Of a stretch of DNA of 64,000 nucleotides, positions 62,601 to 64,000 are shown piece after piece (position 1 is the stretch's first letter; every line of letters starts with the position of its first letter). Position numbers and translations under genes: made by a program. Source of the DNA: Sphaerodactylus townsendi (lineage: Eukaryota); NCBI RefSeq assembly GCF_021028975.2, contig NC_059435.1, positions 44,826,001-44,890,000 of the forward strand, in the 5' to 3' direction. The notes beneath the pieces are model-generated. The model was not told the origin of the DNA and did not search any database. It worked only from the letters and a program-made list of their open reading frames with translations.

Positions 62601-63746
62601 TTAGAAAGCAAAAAAGGTATTATGCACTTGGCATCAATCAAAAGCTATCTATGCTAAATGTACAAAAATCTTTCCACAACAGAACACAAGAAGCAAAACA
62701 TATATAACAAATGCACAGGTCCAAACTCACTTTGTAAGAGGAAGGGTACAAGAGCAACTCCATCTTTTTACATCACATAGCATGTAAGATATTCCTCAGG
62801 ATTCCAACAAAATGTAATTCTCCTAGTTCATTCCCATTCTTTTGAAATCCACCCACAGTGTCTAACAGCTGCCCAAGACCAGGGTGATAAATAACCAACA
62901 TGGCAAGTGTTTTATTCTCTCAAATTCAGTATAGAACAAGGTAAGGAAAGAGATTCCATAGCAATTTTTTTCTCTTCTGGAGCAGCTAGCCATGTATTTA
63001 CACTATAGTTCACAATCTCCAACATGTCCCCATGTTTTCTAAATGAGGTCTAAATGTCTTCAGACATCTCAATAAATTGGGTTCCTTTCAAATAAATAAC
63101 AATCATTAGGACATGCAGATGAAACAAATTTGGAAACCAGTTGACATCCAACTTTCCTCCATTAATGTTGTTTATTTTTAATAAACAATTTGTATATGCT
63201 AAATGTCAGGTAACTGTGCATGCTGGATAGGGGTTGGTGTACATTCTTTCATTAATTTCTTCAGCGATGTTGACATAATATCTTAGCAGCAATTTATTTA
63301 CTGTTTCCCATAGCTGATTCTGAATCTGAGCCTCAGATCCAAGGAGAACATAATTACATTAAGTACAGATGGTTGTTTAACATGGAAAATCCTTCTTCAT
63401 TTCCCATTGACATTCTATTCCATTTTTGAGACTGCACTATACATTGCTCTCACACCTCCAAGTTGGATTGCACCAAGAAATTTTACTTAAATGAAAGTAG
63501 AGATTACTGGGATAATTTGTTTTGCATAAAGCAGGCATATGTAGCTCTGTATAAGTTGTTACATATTCTGAAAAATAGTTTTTGTTGAAAAAGATACTCT
63601 ATAAAAAGGGGCCTGATTTATTTAGAATATGTATGGAAACACAACAGCCCTGCCATTTAGTGGGAAGTTTCCATGTCATACCTTGGCATCCAGTAGCATC
63701 AAACAGACAACTGTAATTAACCCCCAAAATATATTAGCAATATTAC

Positions 63747-63812
63747 CTTTTTAATTTCATCTTCAAATGCCTTTTCCAAATACTTATATCTCCGGATGAG
63801 TTTATTGAAGAC
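63747..63812 (-). CDS. BZW2: BZW2 exon ([22 protein letters not shown]); upstream exons lie beyond the window
   Basis: atttag|GTC TTC...AAA AAG|gtaata. 66 bp. Confidence 0.96.
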
Positions 63813-64000
63813 CTAAATGTAACCAGTAGTCAACATGTTTGTTAACAAGAAAAGTAGAACTTTGTTCTCCCTATATGGCCTATAAAATGCACTTTTAATT
63901 AATCTATGATAAAAGCAAAATATATTTTAAACAGGTGTCTTTTAAGTGGCAAAAAAGCAAAAGTTGCTTTCTTTAATTGAAACAGAATTGTTGGCATTTT

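Noticed and set aside
41127-63812. Assignment as BZW1
   Set aside because: Residues such as [11 protein letters not shown] and [26 protein letters not shown], plus synteny with TSPAN13, indicate BZW2.

Overview
Vertebrate genomic DNA; the repeat content suggests a squamate reptile, probably a gecko (inference). The window holds the conserved AGR2-TSPAN13-BZW2 syntenic block. (1) AGR2, + strand: last six coding exons, join 644-707, 922-974, 1627-1700, 2208-2271, 3454-3537, 5041-5090, with CPHS and C-terminal KTEL. (2) TSPAN13, - strand: complete 204-aa CDS, join 25679-25617, 19715-19548, 14747-14667, 11954-11841, 11510-11397, 9812-9738, with a CpG-island promoter and a U12-type (minor spliceosome) intron 2. 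(3) BZW2/5MP1, - strand: last eight coding exons, 63812 down to stop at 41127. Introns and intergenic DNA carry hAT, PIF/Harbinger and Tigger MITEs (many with readable TSDs), CR1/L1/L2 fragments, SINEs and Penelope-like fragments. The most notable signals are a candidate type I hammerhead ribozyme with an intact catalytic core (43759-43833) inside a young CpG-retaining insert antisense to the last BZW2 intron, the U12 intron, a Penelope-like fold-back with TSD and decayed hammerheads, and two lesions at the hairpin tip of a palindromic hAT MITE family. Most entries in the ORF track are spurious. One 134-N assembly gap is present.
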